In this document: one piece after another, positions 24,162 to 33,336 of the stretch
How the letters are laid out: each line of letters begins with the position of its first letter
How positions within the stretch are numbered: position 1 is the first letter of the stretch
Position numbers and translations under genes: made by a program
NCBI GenBank assembly: GCA_963798085.1
Contig: CAWCRS010000005.1
Coordinates: 13,880-77,879, forward strand
Direction: 5' to 3'
Source of the DNA: an uncultured Gemmatimonadales bacterium
GTDB taxonomy: Bacteria > Gemmatimonadota > Gemmatimonadetes > Longimicrobiales > RSA9
Length of the DNA stretch: 64,000 nucleotides
Notes under the pieces: model-generated
Database searches by the model: none
What the model saw: the letters and a program-made list of their open reading frames with translations, nothing else
Told to the model about the DNA's origin: nothing

Positions 24162-24736
24162 GTGCGGCTGACCTGCTGTCCGCTGATCCCCAGCTCTCCG
24201 GCAATCTCACGCATGGCGCTGATCACGTTCTGGATATGCTCATCGAGCGGCACACCCAGCAGGTCGGCGCCGTGCTGGATCTCTTCACGGTTCACACCGC
24301 GCGCGAACGTCGCGTCCTTCATCTTCTTTTTGACCGACCTGGGCGCGAGGTCATCGATGCCCGTGGGTCGCACGAGGGCGGTGGCATTGATGAGGCCAGT
24401 CAGCTCGTCACAGGCGAGGAGGGCCCGGTCGAGTGCGGACTCGGGCATCACGCCGGTGAAATCGGCGCGGTGGGCGAGAATGGCGTGCAGCAGCGGCTCG
24501 GGCCAGCCCTGCGTACGCAGATACTCGACAGCCCGGCGCGGATGATCGTCCGGGTATTTCTCCCAGTCGAGATCGTGCAGCAGGCCGGTATTGCCCCACT
24601 CTTCCTCGTCCTGGCCCGCGCTGCGCGCATAGAAGCGCAGCGCCACTTCCACGGCGCGCATGTGGTTGCGCAGCGCGGGGTTTTCCACCCAATCCTGGAG
24701 CAGACGCACGGCCTCAGCGCGTGAGGGCATTCCCAT
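24158..24736 (-). CDS. HD-domain (HDIG-type) phosphohydrolase
   Basis: 192 aa. 'HMRAVE' (His) and 'GLLHDLD' (HD doublet), followed by a later 'HAILAH'. Confidence 0.8.
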   Translation of the reverse strand: MGMPSRAEAVRLLQDWVENPALRNHMRAVEVALRFYARSAGQDEEEWGNTGLLHDLDWEKYPDDHPRRAVEYLRTQGWPEPLLHAILAHRADFTGVMPESALDRALLACDELTGLINATALVRPTGIDDLAPRSVKKKMKDATFARGVNREEIQHGADLLGVPLDEHIQNVISAMREIAGELGISGQQVSRT

Positions 24737-25157
24737 CCTCCGTGAGGGCTACGGGACGATCGCGATCACGATTCACGATGCACAAGAAGCCAAACGGTTC
24801 GTTAGCGGCGTTGCGGAACTGGTGCGGTGTGGTCGGGGCGACGTACACCACATTGCCCGGACCGATTGCCTGCAGCTCGCCGGCCAGGCGCACGGTGCCG
24901 CGGCCGCGCACACAGTAGACCACGTGGACGTGCTCGTGCTGCTCGAAGCTGGTGAAGCCGTCGGGTCCGACTTCGAAGTAGCGCAGCTCGAACGCGGCGT
25001 CCGCGGGCGCGGCCAGATTGTGGCGCGTAACGTGACGGTGCGTCGTCGCCTGATCCTTGTAGGGCCGGGGCGGCACGCCCACCCAGCCGGTGCGGGTCGC
25101 GGGCACCACGAAGCTGCGGGCACCCATGGGTGCGGCATCGTTCCCGCGCCCGCTCAC
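24714..25157 (-). CDS. Cupin-domain protein
   Basis: 147 aa. The 'FEQHEHVHVVYCVRGRG...GPGNVVYVAPTTPHQFRN' two-motif cupin signature. Confidence 0.75.
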   Translation of the reverse strand: MSGRGNDAAPMGARSFVVPATRTGWVGVPPRPYKDQATTHRHVTRHNLAAPADAAFELRYFEVGPDGFTSFEQHEHVHVVYCVRGRGTVRLAGELQAIGPGNVVYVAPTTPHQFRNAANEPFGFLCIVNRDRDRPVALTEDGNALTR

Positions 25158-25224
25158 GCCACGCTCCGGAACACAGTCATGGGCGCAAGATGCCCCTGCG
25201 GGCGCTGCCTGTAAACCCGGCGGC

Positions 25225-26271
25225 TCAGCTCCATGGCAACACGATGGTCTTGATGCCGGCCTTCGCGGAAATGCGTTCCAGCGCCTCGCCTACCCCGTCC
25301 AGGCCGGCGCGGTGCGTGATCAGCGATGCGACGTCCAGTCTGCTCTCCGCGAGCAGGCGCAGCGCGGCGCGCGTCTCATCCGGGCCGCTCGAATAACTCT
25401 GCATTATCGCGATCTCGCGGAAGTAGAGAGCGGACTGATCGACGGTGAGCGGCAGCTCGGGCGCCTGTGGCGTGAAGCACACGACGCGCGCACCCGGGGC
25501 GGCCATGCGGATGCCCGCCTGGACGGTGCGCGGGTCGCCGGGACAGACGATCACCACGTCCGCGCCTCTGCCACCGGTGGCTTCCCGCAGCGCCTGCATG
25601 TCCTGTTCGCTCGCGGGATCGAGGGCGAGCTGCGCGCCGAGCGAGCGAGCGCGCTGGCGTCGCTCCGGGATGAAGTCGAGGCCGAAGCTGCGGCGAGCGC
25701 CGAAGATGCGGCTCAGCTGCACCATGAGCAGACCCATGGCGCCCAGGCCAATGATACACAGGTCGTCGCCTTCACGAAGACCACCCTGCCGGCGCACGGC
25801 GCGGATGCAGCAGGCGACCGGCTCGATGAACGTGGCCGTCTCGAAATCAAGTGTTGCGGGGAGTGCCAGCGTATCGCGCGCCACGGTGTCCGCGGACGCC
25901 AGCGCGAATTCCGCGAAGCCGCCGGGTTGCAGCGCCTGGCGCCGCCACGTCATGCAGTTGGACCACAGTCCGCGGCGGCATTCCGCGCACTCGCCGCAGG
26001 CGGCGTGGTGGTGCACGAAGACGCGGTCGCCGGGATGCAGTGTGGACACTGCGCTGCCGACGGCAGCCACCGTGCCGGCGGGCTCGTGTCCCAGCACGAC
26101 CGGCGCCTTGCGCTCGACGTACCAGCGCAGCGCATCGGAACCGCACAGGCCACACGCTGCAATGCGCACCACGATTTCGCCTCGGCCGGGCTGCGGCACG
26201 GGCGCGCTCTCCACACGGACATCGCCCCAGCCATGGAAGCGGGCCACGCGCATGGTGCGCGGCAGACTCAT
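25225..26271 (-). CDS. Zinc-dependent alcohol/polyol dehydrogenase (MDR family)
   Basis: 'CGLCGSD', 'GHEPAGTV', structural-zinc Cys cluster 'CGECAECRRGLWSNC', and Rossmann 'IIGLGAMG'. ATGA overlap with the upstream gene (26268-26271). Confidence 0.85.
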   Translation of the reverse strand: MSLPRTMRVARFHGWGDVRVESAPVPQPGRGEIVVRIAACGLCGSDALRWYVERKAPVVLGHEPAGTVAAVGSAVSTLHPGDRVFVHHHAACGECAECRRGLWSNCMTWRRQALQPGGFAEFALASADTVARDTLALPATLDFETATFIEPVACCIRAVRRQGGLREGDDLCIIGLGAMGLLMVQLSRIFGARRSFGLDFIPERRQRARSLGAQLALDPASEQDMQALREATGGRGADVVIVCPGDPRTVQAGIRMAAPGARVVCFTPQAPELPLTVDQSALYFREIAIMQSYSSGPDETRAALRLLAESRLDVASLITHRAGLDGVGEALERISAKAGIKTIVLPWS

Positions 26272-27302
26272 GGCCTCACCGCCACCTTGATGGCCTGACG
26301 CCGGAGTGCGAGTTCGAGCGCGTCCGGCAGCTGTTCGAGACTGCGCTGATGCGTGATCAGCGGCGCAGCGGCGATGCGCCCCTCGCTCAACAGCTCGAAC
26401 GCGCGGCGCACGTTGGCGCGCGTGTAGTGGAAGGCGCCCTTCAGATCGACTTCCTCATAGTGCAGGCGGAACGTGTCGAACTGCGCGCGCGTGCTGGCCG
26501 CGCAACCGCCGTACAGCAGGACTTCGCCGCCCGGCGCGGCCAGCGTCTGCGCGAATTCCCAGAGCTGCGGCGTGCCCACGCACTCGATGACCACGTCGGC
26601 GCCGGCCATCAGGTCGGATGCCTCGCCGTCGAGGGCGGCAGGGTCGAGCCGCAGGGTCTCGGCGCCGAGCCGGGTGGCGGTGCGCAGGCGGATGTCGTGG
26701 TGCCCGGCCACCAGCACCGAGCCGGCGCCCTGCAGCCTCGCCAGTTGCGCGAACAGCAGCGCGATGGGGCCATCGCCCAGCAGCACGACGCGTGCGGCCT
26801 GCCCCAGCCTGACCCGCTCCGCCCCGTGCACGACGCAGGCCAGCGGCTCCAGCACCGCGGCGACTTCGGCCGTGAGTCCCGGTGGTCGTACAAACACGCT
26901 GTTGGACACGATGTGGCCGGGCAGCAGCACATATTCGGCAAATGCGCCCAGGACGATGCGACCGATGGCGTCATGGCAGAGGTTTTCCCTGCCCCGCAGG
27001 CAGAGTGCGCAACAGCCGCAGGGCGCGGTGGGAACGCAGGCCACGTCATCGCCTTCGCGGAATTGCGTGACGCCCTCGCCTGCCTGTGCCACCCGCCCGG
27101 CGAACTCATGACCGAAAGCCGTGGGCAGCGGCAGTTTCGGGTGTCCCCGGCGGTACAGCTTGAGATCGGTTCCGCAGGTCAGCGCCGCCTGCACGCGGAT
27201 CAGGAGCTCGCCGGGTCCCGCATCCGGCACCGGCACTTCACGCAGCTCGACCTGACCGGGCTGCACCAGCTCCGCGCGCAGCATGCTGCGGGGTGCCGTC
27301 AT
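26268..27302 (-). CDS. Zinc-dependent alcohol/polyol dehydrogenase (MDR family), second copy
   Basis: Start taken at MTAPRS (ATG 27300-27302). 'CGTDLK', 'GHEFAGRV', 'CGCCALCLRGRENLC', 'LLGDGPIA'. The start overlaps the upstream stop by 1 nt (TGATG). Confidence 0.85.
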   Translation of the reverse strand: MTAPRSMLRAELVQPGQVELREVPVPDAGPGELLIRVQAALTCGTDLKLYRRGHPKLPLPTAFGHEFAGRVAQAGEGVTQFREGDDVACVPTAPCGCCALCLRGRENLCHDAIGRIVLGAFAEYVLLPGHIVSNSVFVRPPGLTAEVAAVLEPLACVVHGAERVRLGQAARVVLLGDGPIALLFAQLARLQGAGSVLVAGHHDIRLRTATRLGAETLRLDPAALDGEASDLMAGADVVIECVGTPQLWEFAQTLAAPGGEVLLYGGCAASTRAQFDTFRLHYEEVDLKGAFHYTRANVRRAFELLSEGRIAAAPLITHQRSLEQLPDALELALRRQAIKVAVRP

Positions 27303-29410
27303 CAGGCGCCGCGGAAAGTGCGCAGCACTTCGCGCAGCGCCTCCGGCTCGCTGACCGGCGCGGCACACGCGCGGTCGGCACACACGTACGCACGCGGGCG
27401 CTCGCGCGTCACCATGGCACGCAGCGCCTCCGGCAGTGACGCCGCATCCACGGTTGCCGCAGCAATCAGGCGAACCACCGTGCGCGGGCGAGCGGTGCGC
27501 AGCGCGGCCCGCAATAACACGCTGTCAGCGGGAGCGGCGTCGTCGACGACGATCACGGTGGTGACGGGCAGAACGGCCCAGGCCAGGGCCTTGTGGTACG
27601 TGGCGGCCGCGCTCTGCAGTCGAGCGGCGGAGCCGGCGAAGGCACGCAGCACGCCTTCCGCCAGATCGCGCGGCTCGTCGTCGCCAGTGATTTCGGCAAG
27701 ACGCAGCAGCGCCAGCGCCGCGGCGCCGTTGCCCGAGGGCGTGGGCGAATCCGCGATAGGCAGTACCACGCGGTCGAGGGTGCGCACCGGTGCGGAGCCG
27801 GCGGGCCGGTCGCGGAACGCACCGCTGGCGGCTTCGCGGAACCGTTGCGCCAGCACAGCTGCGAGCTGCTGCGCGCGTTGCAGGTGAACACTCTGCTGCG
27901 TCAGCTCGAACGCGTCGAGCAGGGCGAGCAGCAGGAAGGCCTGATCCTCGAGCACCTCGCCGCTCCCGGCATCCGCCACACGGTGGCGCACGCCGCGAGT
28001 CGTGTCGAAGCCTTCGTCCCAGACGCGATCGAGGGCCCGCAGCGCCGCCTCGCCCGCCTGCGCATTGTCGAGATAGCGTGCAGCGGCGAGGTGACCGGAA
28101 ATGACGAGAGCGGTCCAGCCTGCATAGAGCGAAGTGTCCACGAACGGGGCGGGACGGCGGTCACGCTCCGCCTTCAGCGCGCCCCGTGCGCGGTCGAGAA
28201 TCGCGCGGGCCTCGGCAGCGGGCGTCCCCAGCGCTTCGCCGAGCTGCGCATCCTCGAGGGCCCGGAACAGCACGTGACGACTCGCGTCGACGTGCATCGA
28301 GCTGGCCGGGTCCTCGAGACCGTACGCCAGACGGACCGCCTCGAATTCCACGCCGGCGCCCAGCACAGCGCCGACTTCCGCCTCGGTCCACGTCCAGTAA
28401 TCCCCGTCATCGGTCGCACTGAAATCGGCATCCTGCGATGCGGGGAAGCCGCCCTCTGCGAGCAGGGCGGGCGCCACGTCGACGTAATGCTGCACGATGC
28501 CGCTCGCCACTTCCGCAAAGAACGGATCCGACAGTGCGCTCGCGGCCGCGGCATAGCTGGCCAGAAGCGGCCCGTTGTCGTACGCCATCTTCTCGAAGTG
28601 GGGAATGATCCAGCGCGCATCCGTGGCATAGCGATGGAACCCGCCACCCAGCTGATCGAAAATGCCGCCGCGGCCCATGGCGTTCAGGGTCTCGACGACA
28701 ATGCGGCGGGCCCAGTCCGTGCCCCGTTCGAGCCAGGCGTCGAGCAGCAGATCAATGCCGCCGGGGTTGGGGAACTTGGGCGAGCGGCCGAAGCCGCCGT
28801 ACCGGAAGTCGAAGGCGTTGGCCAGCTCTTCGAGCGTATCGTCGATCAGCTCGACGCGCAGCTCGCCGGATTGCGTCTCGGCCTGCGCATGTTCTTCGAT
28901 GCGCGTGTTGATGCCGGCCACGGCCTCGCTGGCGCGGCGGCGATCGTCTTTCCAGACGCGCGCCACTTCGAGCAGGACGCGCCGGAACGAGGGCCTGCCG
29001 TAGCTGTCAATGGGCGGGAAGTAGGTGCCGCCATAGAACACGTCGCCCTCCGGCGTGAGGAAGGCGGTGAGCGGCCAGCCGCCCTGCCCGGTCAGCACCT
29101 GGACGGCGCGCTGGTAGCGCGCATCCACATCGGGCCGGGCGTCGCGGTCCACCTTGATGGGCACAAACAGCCTGTTAATGAGCGCGGCGGTCTCCGCATC
29201 CTCGTAGCTTTCCCGGTCCATCACGTGGCACCAGTGGCACCACACCGCGCCGATGTCGAGCAGCACCGGGCGATCGCCGGCACGCGCCTCCTCGAAGGCT
29301 GCCTCGCCCCAGGGCCACCAGTGCACGGGCTGGGTCGCGCCGTGCCGCAGGAACGGACTGCCTTCGCCGGCCAGGCGCTGGCCGCCGGTCACGCCATCCG
29401 GGCCGGTCAT
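27302..29410 (-). CDS. Thioredoxin-domain protein of the YyaL/DUF255 family
   Basis: 'VHWWPWGEAAFEEARAGDRPVLLDIGAVWCHWCHVMDRESYED...FVPIKVDRDARPDVD' followed by a long alpha/alpha-toroid-like C-terminal region. Start taken at MTGPDG (29408-29410), which makes an ATGA overlap with the nth stop. Confidence 0.8.
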   Translation of the reverse strand: MTGPDGVTGGQRLAGEGSPFLRHGATQPVHWWPWGEAAFEEARAGDRPVLLDIGAVWCHWCHVMDRESYEDAETAALINRLFVPIKVDRDARPDVDARYQRAVQVLTGQGGWPLTAFLTPEGDVFYGGTYFPPIDSYGRPSFRRVLLEVARVWKDDRRRASEAVAGINTRIEEHAQAETQSGELRVELIDDTLEELANAFDFRYGGFGRSPKFPNPGGIDLLLDAWLERGTDWARRIVVETLNAMGRGGIFDQLGGGFHRYATDARWIIPHFEKMAYDNGPLLASYAAAASALSDPFFAEVASGIVQHYVDVAPALLAEGGFPASQDADFSATDDGDYWTWTEAEVGAVLGAGVEFEAVRLAYGLEDPASSMHVDASRHVLFRALEDAQLGEALGTPAAEARAILDRARGALKAERDRRPAPFVDTSLYAGWTALVISGHLAAARYLDNAQAGEAALRALDRVWDEGFDTTRGVRHRVADAGSGEVLEDQAFLLLALLDAFELTQQSVHLQRAQQLAAVLAQRFREAASGAFRDRPAGSAPVRTLDRVVLPIADSPTPSGNGAAALALLRLAEITGDDEPRDLAEGVLRAFAGSAARLQSAAATYHKALAWAVLPVTTVIVVDDAAPADSVLLRAALRTARPRTVVRLIAAATVDAASLPEALRAMVTRERPRAYVCADRACAAPVSEPEALREVLRTFRGA

Positions 29411-30135
29411 ACGCGCGAGCCGGGGCAGATGTCGGACAGTACGCAGACCTCGCAGCGCGGGCGACCTGCGCGGCACACGGCGCGGCCGTGCAGGATGAGC
29501 GTATGCGACAGCACGGTCCAGTCGGCACGCGGATAGAGTTTCAGCAGATCCTGCTCGATCTTCACGGCATCGCGCTCGCGCGTGAGTCCGAGCAGGCGCG
29601 AGAGGCGGGTCACGTGGGTGTCCACGACGACGCCCTCGTTGCGGCCGAAGGCCGTTCCTAACACGACATTCGCGGTCTTGCGGCCCACGCCCGGCAGCGA
29701 CACCAGTTCCTCCATGCTGTCCGGGATGACGCCCGCGAAGCGGTCCACCACGGCGTTGGCCATGCCCAGCAGGCTCTTCGTCTTGTTGCGAAAGAAGCCG
29801 GTGGAGCGGATCTGCTGCTCGAGGTCCGCGCGGCGGGCGTGCGCCAGATCGAGCGGCGTCGGGTAGCGGCGGAAGAGAGCGGGCGTGACCTGATTCACGC
29901 GCTCATCCGTGCATTGCGCGGAGAGGATGGTGGCAACCAGCAGCTCGTAAGGATCGTGGAAGCGGAGCGCTGTAGTGGCGGCCGGGTATTCCGGGCGCAG
30001 TCGCTCGAGGATCTCCGCGGCGCGCGCATGTTTCTGCGCGCGTGTCTCGCGGACGGCACGGCGGGCCGGCTTTCGGGCGGCCGTCTTCCTGCGTGTGCGC
30101 TGCTTCGCCGTGGAAGCCCGCTTGGCCTTCGCCAT
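29407..30135 (-). CDS. nth: Endonuclease III (DNA glycosylase/AP lyase)
   Basis: HhH 'LVSLPGVGRKTANVVL', catalytic 'VDTHV', and the 4Fe-4S ligands C-x6-C-x2-C-x5-C in 'CRAGRPRCEVCVLSDIC'. A basic K/R-rich N-terminal extension is present. Confidence 0.9.
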   Translation of the reverse strand: MAKAKRASTAKQRTRRKTAARKPARRAVRETRAQKHARAAEILERLRPEYPAATTALRFHDPYELLVATILSAQCTDERVNQVTPALFRRYPTPLDLAHARRADLEQQIRSTGFFRNKTKSLLGMANAVVDRFAGVIPDSMEELVSLPGVGRKTANVVLGTAFGRNEGVVVDTHVTRLSRLLGLTRERDAVKIEQDLLKLYPRADWTVLSHTLILHGRAVCRAGRPRCEVCVLSDICPGSRV

Positions 30136-30137
30136 GG

Positions 30138-30971
30138 TCAATCCTTCAGCGTCACCAGACTCGCCGGCAGACTCGAGGCTGGCAGCTCGTGTGTGGAGCC
30201 GGAACTCGTGGGTGGTGTCACGCGGGGCGTGGTCACCGCCGCGCGCTGCGTCGCAATGTAGTGGAACACGCGCGAGGCCAGTTTCAGCGCTTCGGCCACG
30301 GACACAATGCCGAAAAGACCACTCAATTCTCCACCCGGCAACCGGTTCGTGAAATCGGGTTCATCCGGGCGGGCCTCGAGGTCAGCCCAGTGGCCGGGCG
30401 CGGGCGCAGGCAGAGACGCGCCTGCTTCCAGTATGCTGAAACCCGGCCGCAGCGCATTCATGCCGAGCACGAGCAGCAGATCGAGACGCGTGCCGGCACC
30501 TGCGTCCTGGTCTGTCGTCCAGAAGAAGCCATCCACGGGCTCGGCCGGCGCCTCCGCGTGCACCCTCGCCCAGAGCAGGTTGCGCGGCAGCTGCACGTAC
30601 CCCGCGGGATGCGGCGCTGCCAGGTCCCATTCCCCGATGGGTGGAAGCGCACCCAGCAGATGGCGCGTGAGCGGCCCGTCGAGCACGAACAGACGCAGGC
30701 CCCAGCTCCAGAACTGCCACGCCTGAAAGAGCACGCGGCCATAGTCGTGCACGGCCTCAGGTGGTGGCAGCGTCGCCTCGCCGGCCCGCACTTCCGCGTC
30801 ACCCGGGCGCAATTCACGGAGTGTCCGGCCCACGGTGCCGAGCATCAGGAACGCATCGGGCGAGGCGGCGCTGGTGCCGGCCGCTTCTGCGCGGATCGCG
30901 GGGAACAGCTCGGCCTGGAATTGGGTGCTGCTGAACGCCAACTCGTAGGGCGTCAGGCGGGCGCCGCTCAT
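30138..30971 (-). CDS. Hypothetical protein (277 aa)
   Basis: Only the part of track ORF 30138..31643 from 'MSGARLTPYELAF' (ATG 30969-30971) has coding-like composition. The upstream part overlaps the better ORF 31018..31635 in another frame. No family recognised. Confidence 0.5.
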   Translation of the reverse strand: MSGARLTPYELAFSSTQFQAELFPAIRAEAAGTSAASPDAFLMLGTVGRTLRELRPGDAEVRAGEATLPPPEAVHDYGRVLFQAWQFWSWGLRLFVLDGPLTRHLLGALPPIGEWDLAAPHPAGYVQLPRNLLWARVHAEAPAEPVDGFFWTTDQDAGAGTRLDLLLVLGMNALRPGFSILEAGASLPAPAPGHWADLEARPDEPDFTNRLPGGELSGLFGIVSVAEALKLASRVFHYIATQRAAVTTPRVTPPTSSGSTHELPASSLPASLVTLKD

Positions 30972-31017
30972 GGGAGGGAGTCGCAGAGCGGAAGCGTCGA
31001 ACGCACGGGGGCGTGCA

Positions 31018-31719
31018 CTACTGCCTTTCTGCCCGAACCGTGTGTTGGGCCACGCGGGCGCCGCCCCGGCCCAGCAGCTCGCCCAGGCGGGCGCGCAGTG
31101 AGCGCGTGCGCACGCGCACCAGACACAGATCGTCGGGCGCCCCGGCCACGCCCTTTTCCACCGTGAGATACAGCACGTCCGCATCGCTCGCGGGCACGGC
31201 GACACGATAGCGCTGGCCCTGCCATTCGAATGCGCCCGAATCCTCGGGAATCTCGAAGAACCACGAATTCTCGAGGCGATACCAGCCGCCGGCCTCGCGT
31301 TCACCGAGACGGTAGAAGTACGGCGCGAAGCTGTCACCATCGAGTCGCCGGAAATTCTCCTCCACGGCCGCATCCACATTACCCAGGGCATCCTGCGCGA
31401 CGAGCGCTTCCAGATGATGCTGCAACTCGTGCGTGAGCGTTTCCCAGACCTCGGCCTGCCAGTCGAACTGCTCATCCTCTGCGGCCAGACGGAGAAAGGA
31501 ACCGTAGAACAGCACAACCGAGGAGCGGATGGTCTCGGGGCCGTCGAATGAGGAAGGCCAGGTTTCGGTGCGGCATTCGCCGAGAGTGTACACGTCGGGC
31601 GAACGCGCATCCACCAGCGCGTCGCGTTCCACCACGAGGGCATCGATACCGGCCCGGTAATCGACCGGTATCCGATGCCACTCGTGGCGCGCCAGCGACT
31701 CGAACTCGTCGTACTTCAG
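31018..31719 (-). CDS. Small zinc-metallopeptidase-like protein (HExxH; DUF1025/zinicin-like)
   Basis: 'LTHELQHHLE' HExxH motif. Family-like N-terminal sequence ('KYDEFESLARHEWHRIPVDYRAGIDALVV') continues upstream of the first GTG (31635) to just after the NSS stop. The only start-like codon there is CTG (31717-31719), so the 5' end is uncertain. Confidence 0.55.
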   Translation of the reverse strand: MKYDEFESLARHEWHRIPVDYRAGIDALVVERDALVDARSPDVYTLGECRTETWPSSFDGPETIRSSVVLFYGSFLRLAAEDEQFDWQAEVWETLTHELQHHLEALVAQDALGNVDAAVEENFRRLDGDSFAPYFYRLGEREAGGWYRLENSWFFEIPEDSGAFEWQGQRYRVAVPASDADVLYLTVEKGVAGAPDDLCLVRVRTRSLRARLGELLGRGGARVAQHTVRAERQ

Positions 31720-31725
31720 TGTGCC

Positions 31726-33292
31726 TCAGGGGATGGAAGGCAGAGTCTCTCCTTCGGGCGGCATGCTGCGGTCCACATCCGGGTTCGTGCGCCGCACCAT
31801 CCAGCCGTTGAGCAGGAACAGCGCGGTGCCCGCGACCAGGAACTGGACCACCATGTTGGCGATGCCGAACGCGCCCCACGGATTCTCGTTGCGCACGTTT
31901 ATGAACCACCACACCACGAGGACAACGGCCTCGAGCACGACGAGCCGGATGACCCATTCCCAGATGACACCCACGTGGATGTCGGCGTCGGGTGTGTTGA
32001 CCAGCGTGTCGCGGAATCGTCTAACCCCGTATTTCAGGACCGCCATGGCGAAGAAGAACCCGGAAATCATGAGACCCACGCCCCATACGAAGTCCTGGTT
32101 GCTGAACACGTCGCGGTTGAGCGCGGAAGGCACGCCCAGCAGGAAGCCGAGGATGCCCACGACGCCAATGGCGCGGGCGCGCGCCATGCCGCCATCCATC
32201 AGCACGCGCACGGTCAGCTCGATCATGGAAATGAGGCTGGTCCACGCGGCGAAGAACAGCGCAAGGAAGAACAGGATCATGAAGAAGCGGCCCGCGGGCA
32301 TGCGCGCGAAGAGCTGCGGCACCCAGGTGAAGGTCAGACCTTCATTGCCGGCGCCCACGATGGCACCGCGGATCATGTCAGGCGTGAGCTGCTGTCCATT
32401 GCGCACGGCGTCCGCCAGCGCGGGAAACGCGGACAGCGAGTCGGGCTGTGCCGAGAGACTGGACGCGAGCTGCGGCACCACGGAGAACACGGTGCACAGC
32501 ACCATGATGCCGGCCAGCAGCGACACGGTGTTGTTGCCGAAGCCCAGCATGAAGGAATTGAGCACGGTGTCTTCATGCCGGCGCATGTAGATGGCGTAGG
32601 TGAGCACGAGACCCCAGCCGGCGCCGGTGTCCCAGGCGTTCTGCGTGAGCGCTTCCAGCCAGACCTTGGGATGCGCGAGATCGCCCCAGTGCGGCGTAAA
32701 CAGGAAGTTGAGACCGTGCTGTGCGCCCGGCAGGGTCACCGCCCGCACGGCCAGCACGATCACGAGCACGAAAAGCGAAGGGATCAGGATCTTCGTGGCC
32801 GCTTCAATGCCTTTCACGCCGCGCGCCACGACCACAATGCCCAGGCCGAAGGCAATGGCCTGATAGAACACGGCCGTCGGCGTGTACGCGAAGCGCTCCC
32901 ACAACGCGCCCGGCCGTTCCGCGCCGATCTGGCCCAGCACGGACGCCACCGTGTAGCGGATGGTCCACCCGGCAACCACGGCGTAGTAGAACATGATGGC
33001 GATGGCAGTCCAGGCCACCCACGCGCCCAGCCACGCGTACTTCCTGCCCATGATGCGTGCGAACGAGCCGACTGTGCCGTAGCGCGTGAATTTGCCGAGC
33101 GCGAATTCCACGAGGATCAGCGGCACGGACCAGATGAGCAGGAACACGACCCAGGCGACCAGGAAGGCGCCGCCGCCGTTGTTCGCGACAATGCGTGGGA
33201 AACGCCAGAATGTTGCCCGTACCCACCGCCATGCCCAGCATGGCCAGCATCATGCCCCAGCGACTGGAGAAATGCTCCTGGTTCTTTGCCAC
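31726..33292 (-). CDS. Sodium-dependent transporter of the NSS/SNF family, frameshifted at about 33208
   Basis: GTG start at 33290-33292 preceded by 'ggaggaggag'. Removing one base in minus-strand 'aac att c tgg cgt' restores the NSS signature 'GTGNIWRFPRIVANNGGGAFLVAW...'. The remaining 473 aa (ORF 31726..33147) are multi-TM. Confidence 0.8.
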
Positions 33293-33336
33293 TCCTCCTC
33301 CTGTGTCGAGCGCCCTTCGCCGGGGTAGCGGACCGC

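Noticed and set aside
30138-31643. 501-aa ORF spanning the hypothetical gene and the HExxH gene
   Set aside because: Its N-terminal 224 aa overlap ORF 31018..31635, which carries a real HExxH motif and family-like sequence. The coding-like part starts at the internal ATG at 30969-30971.
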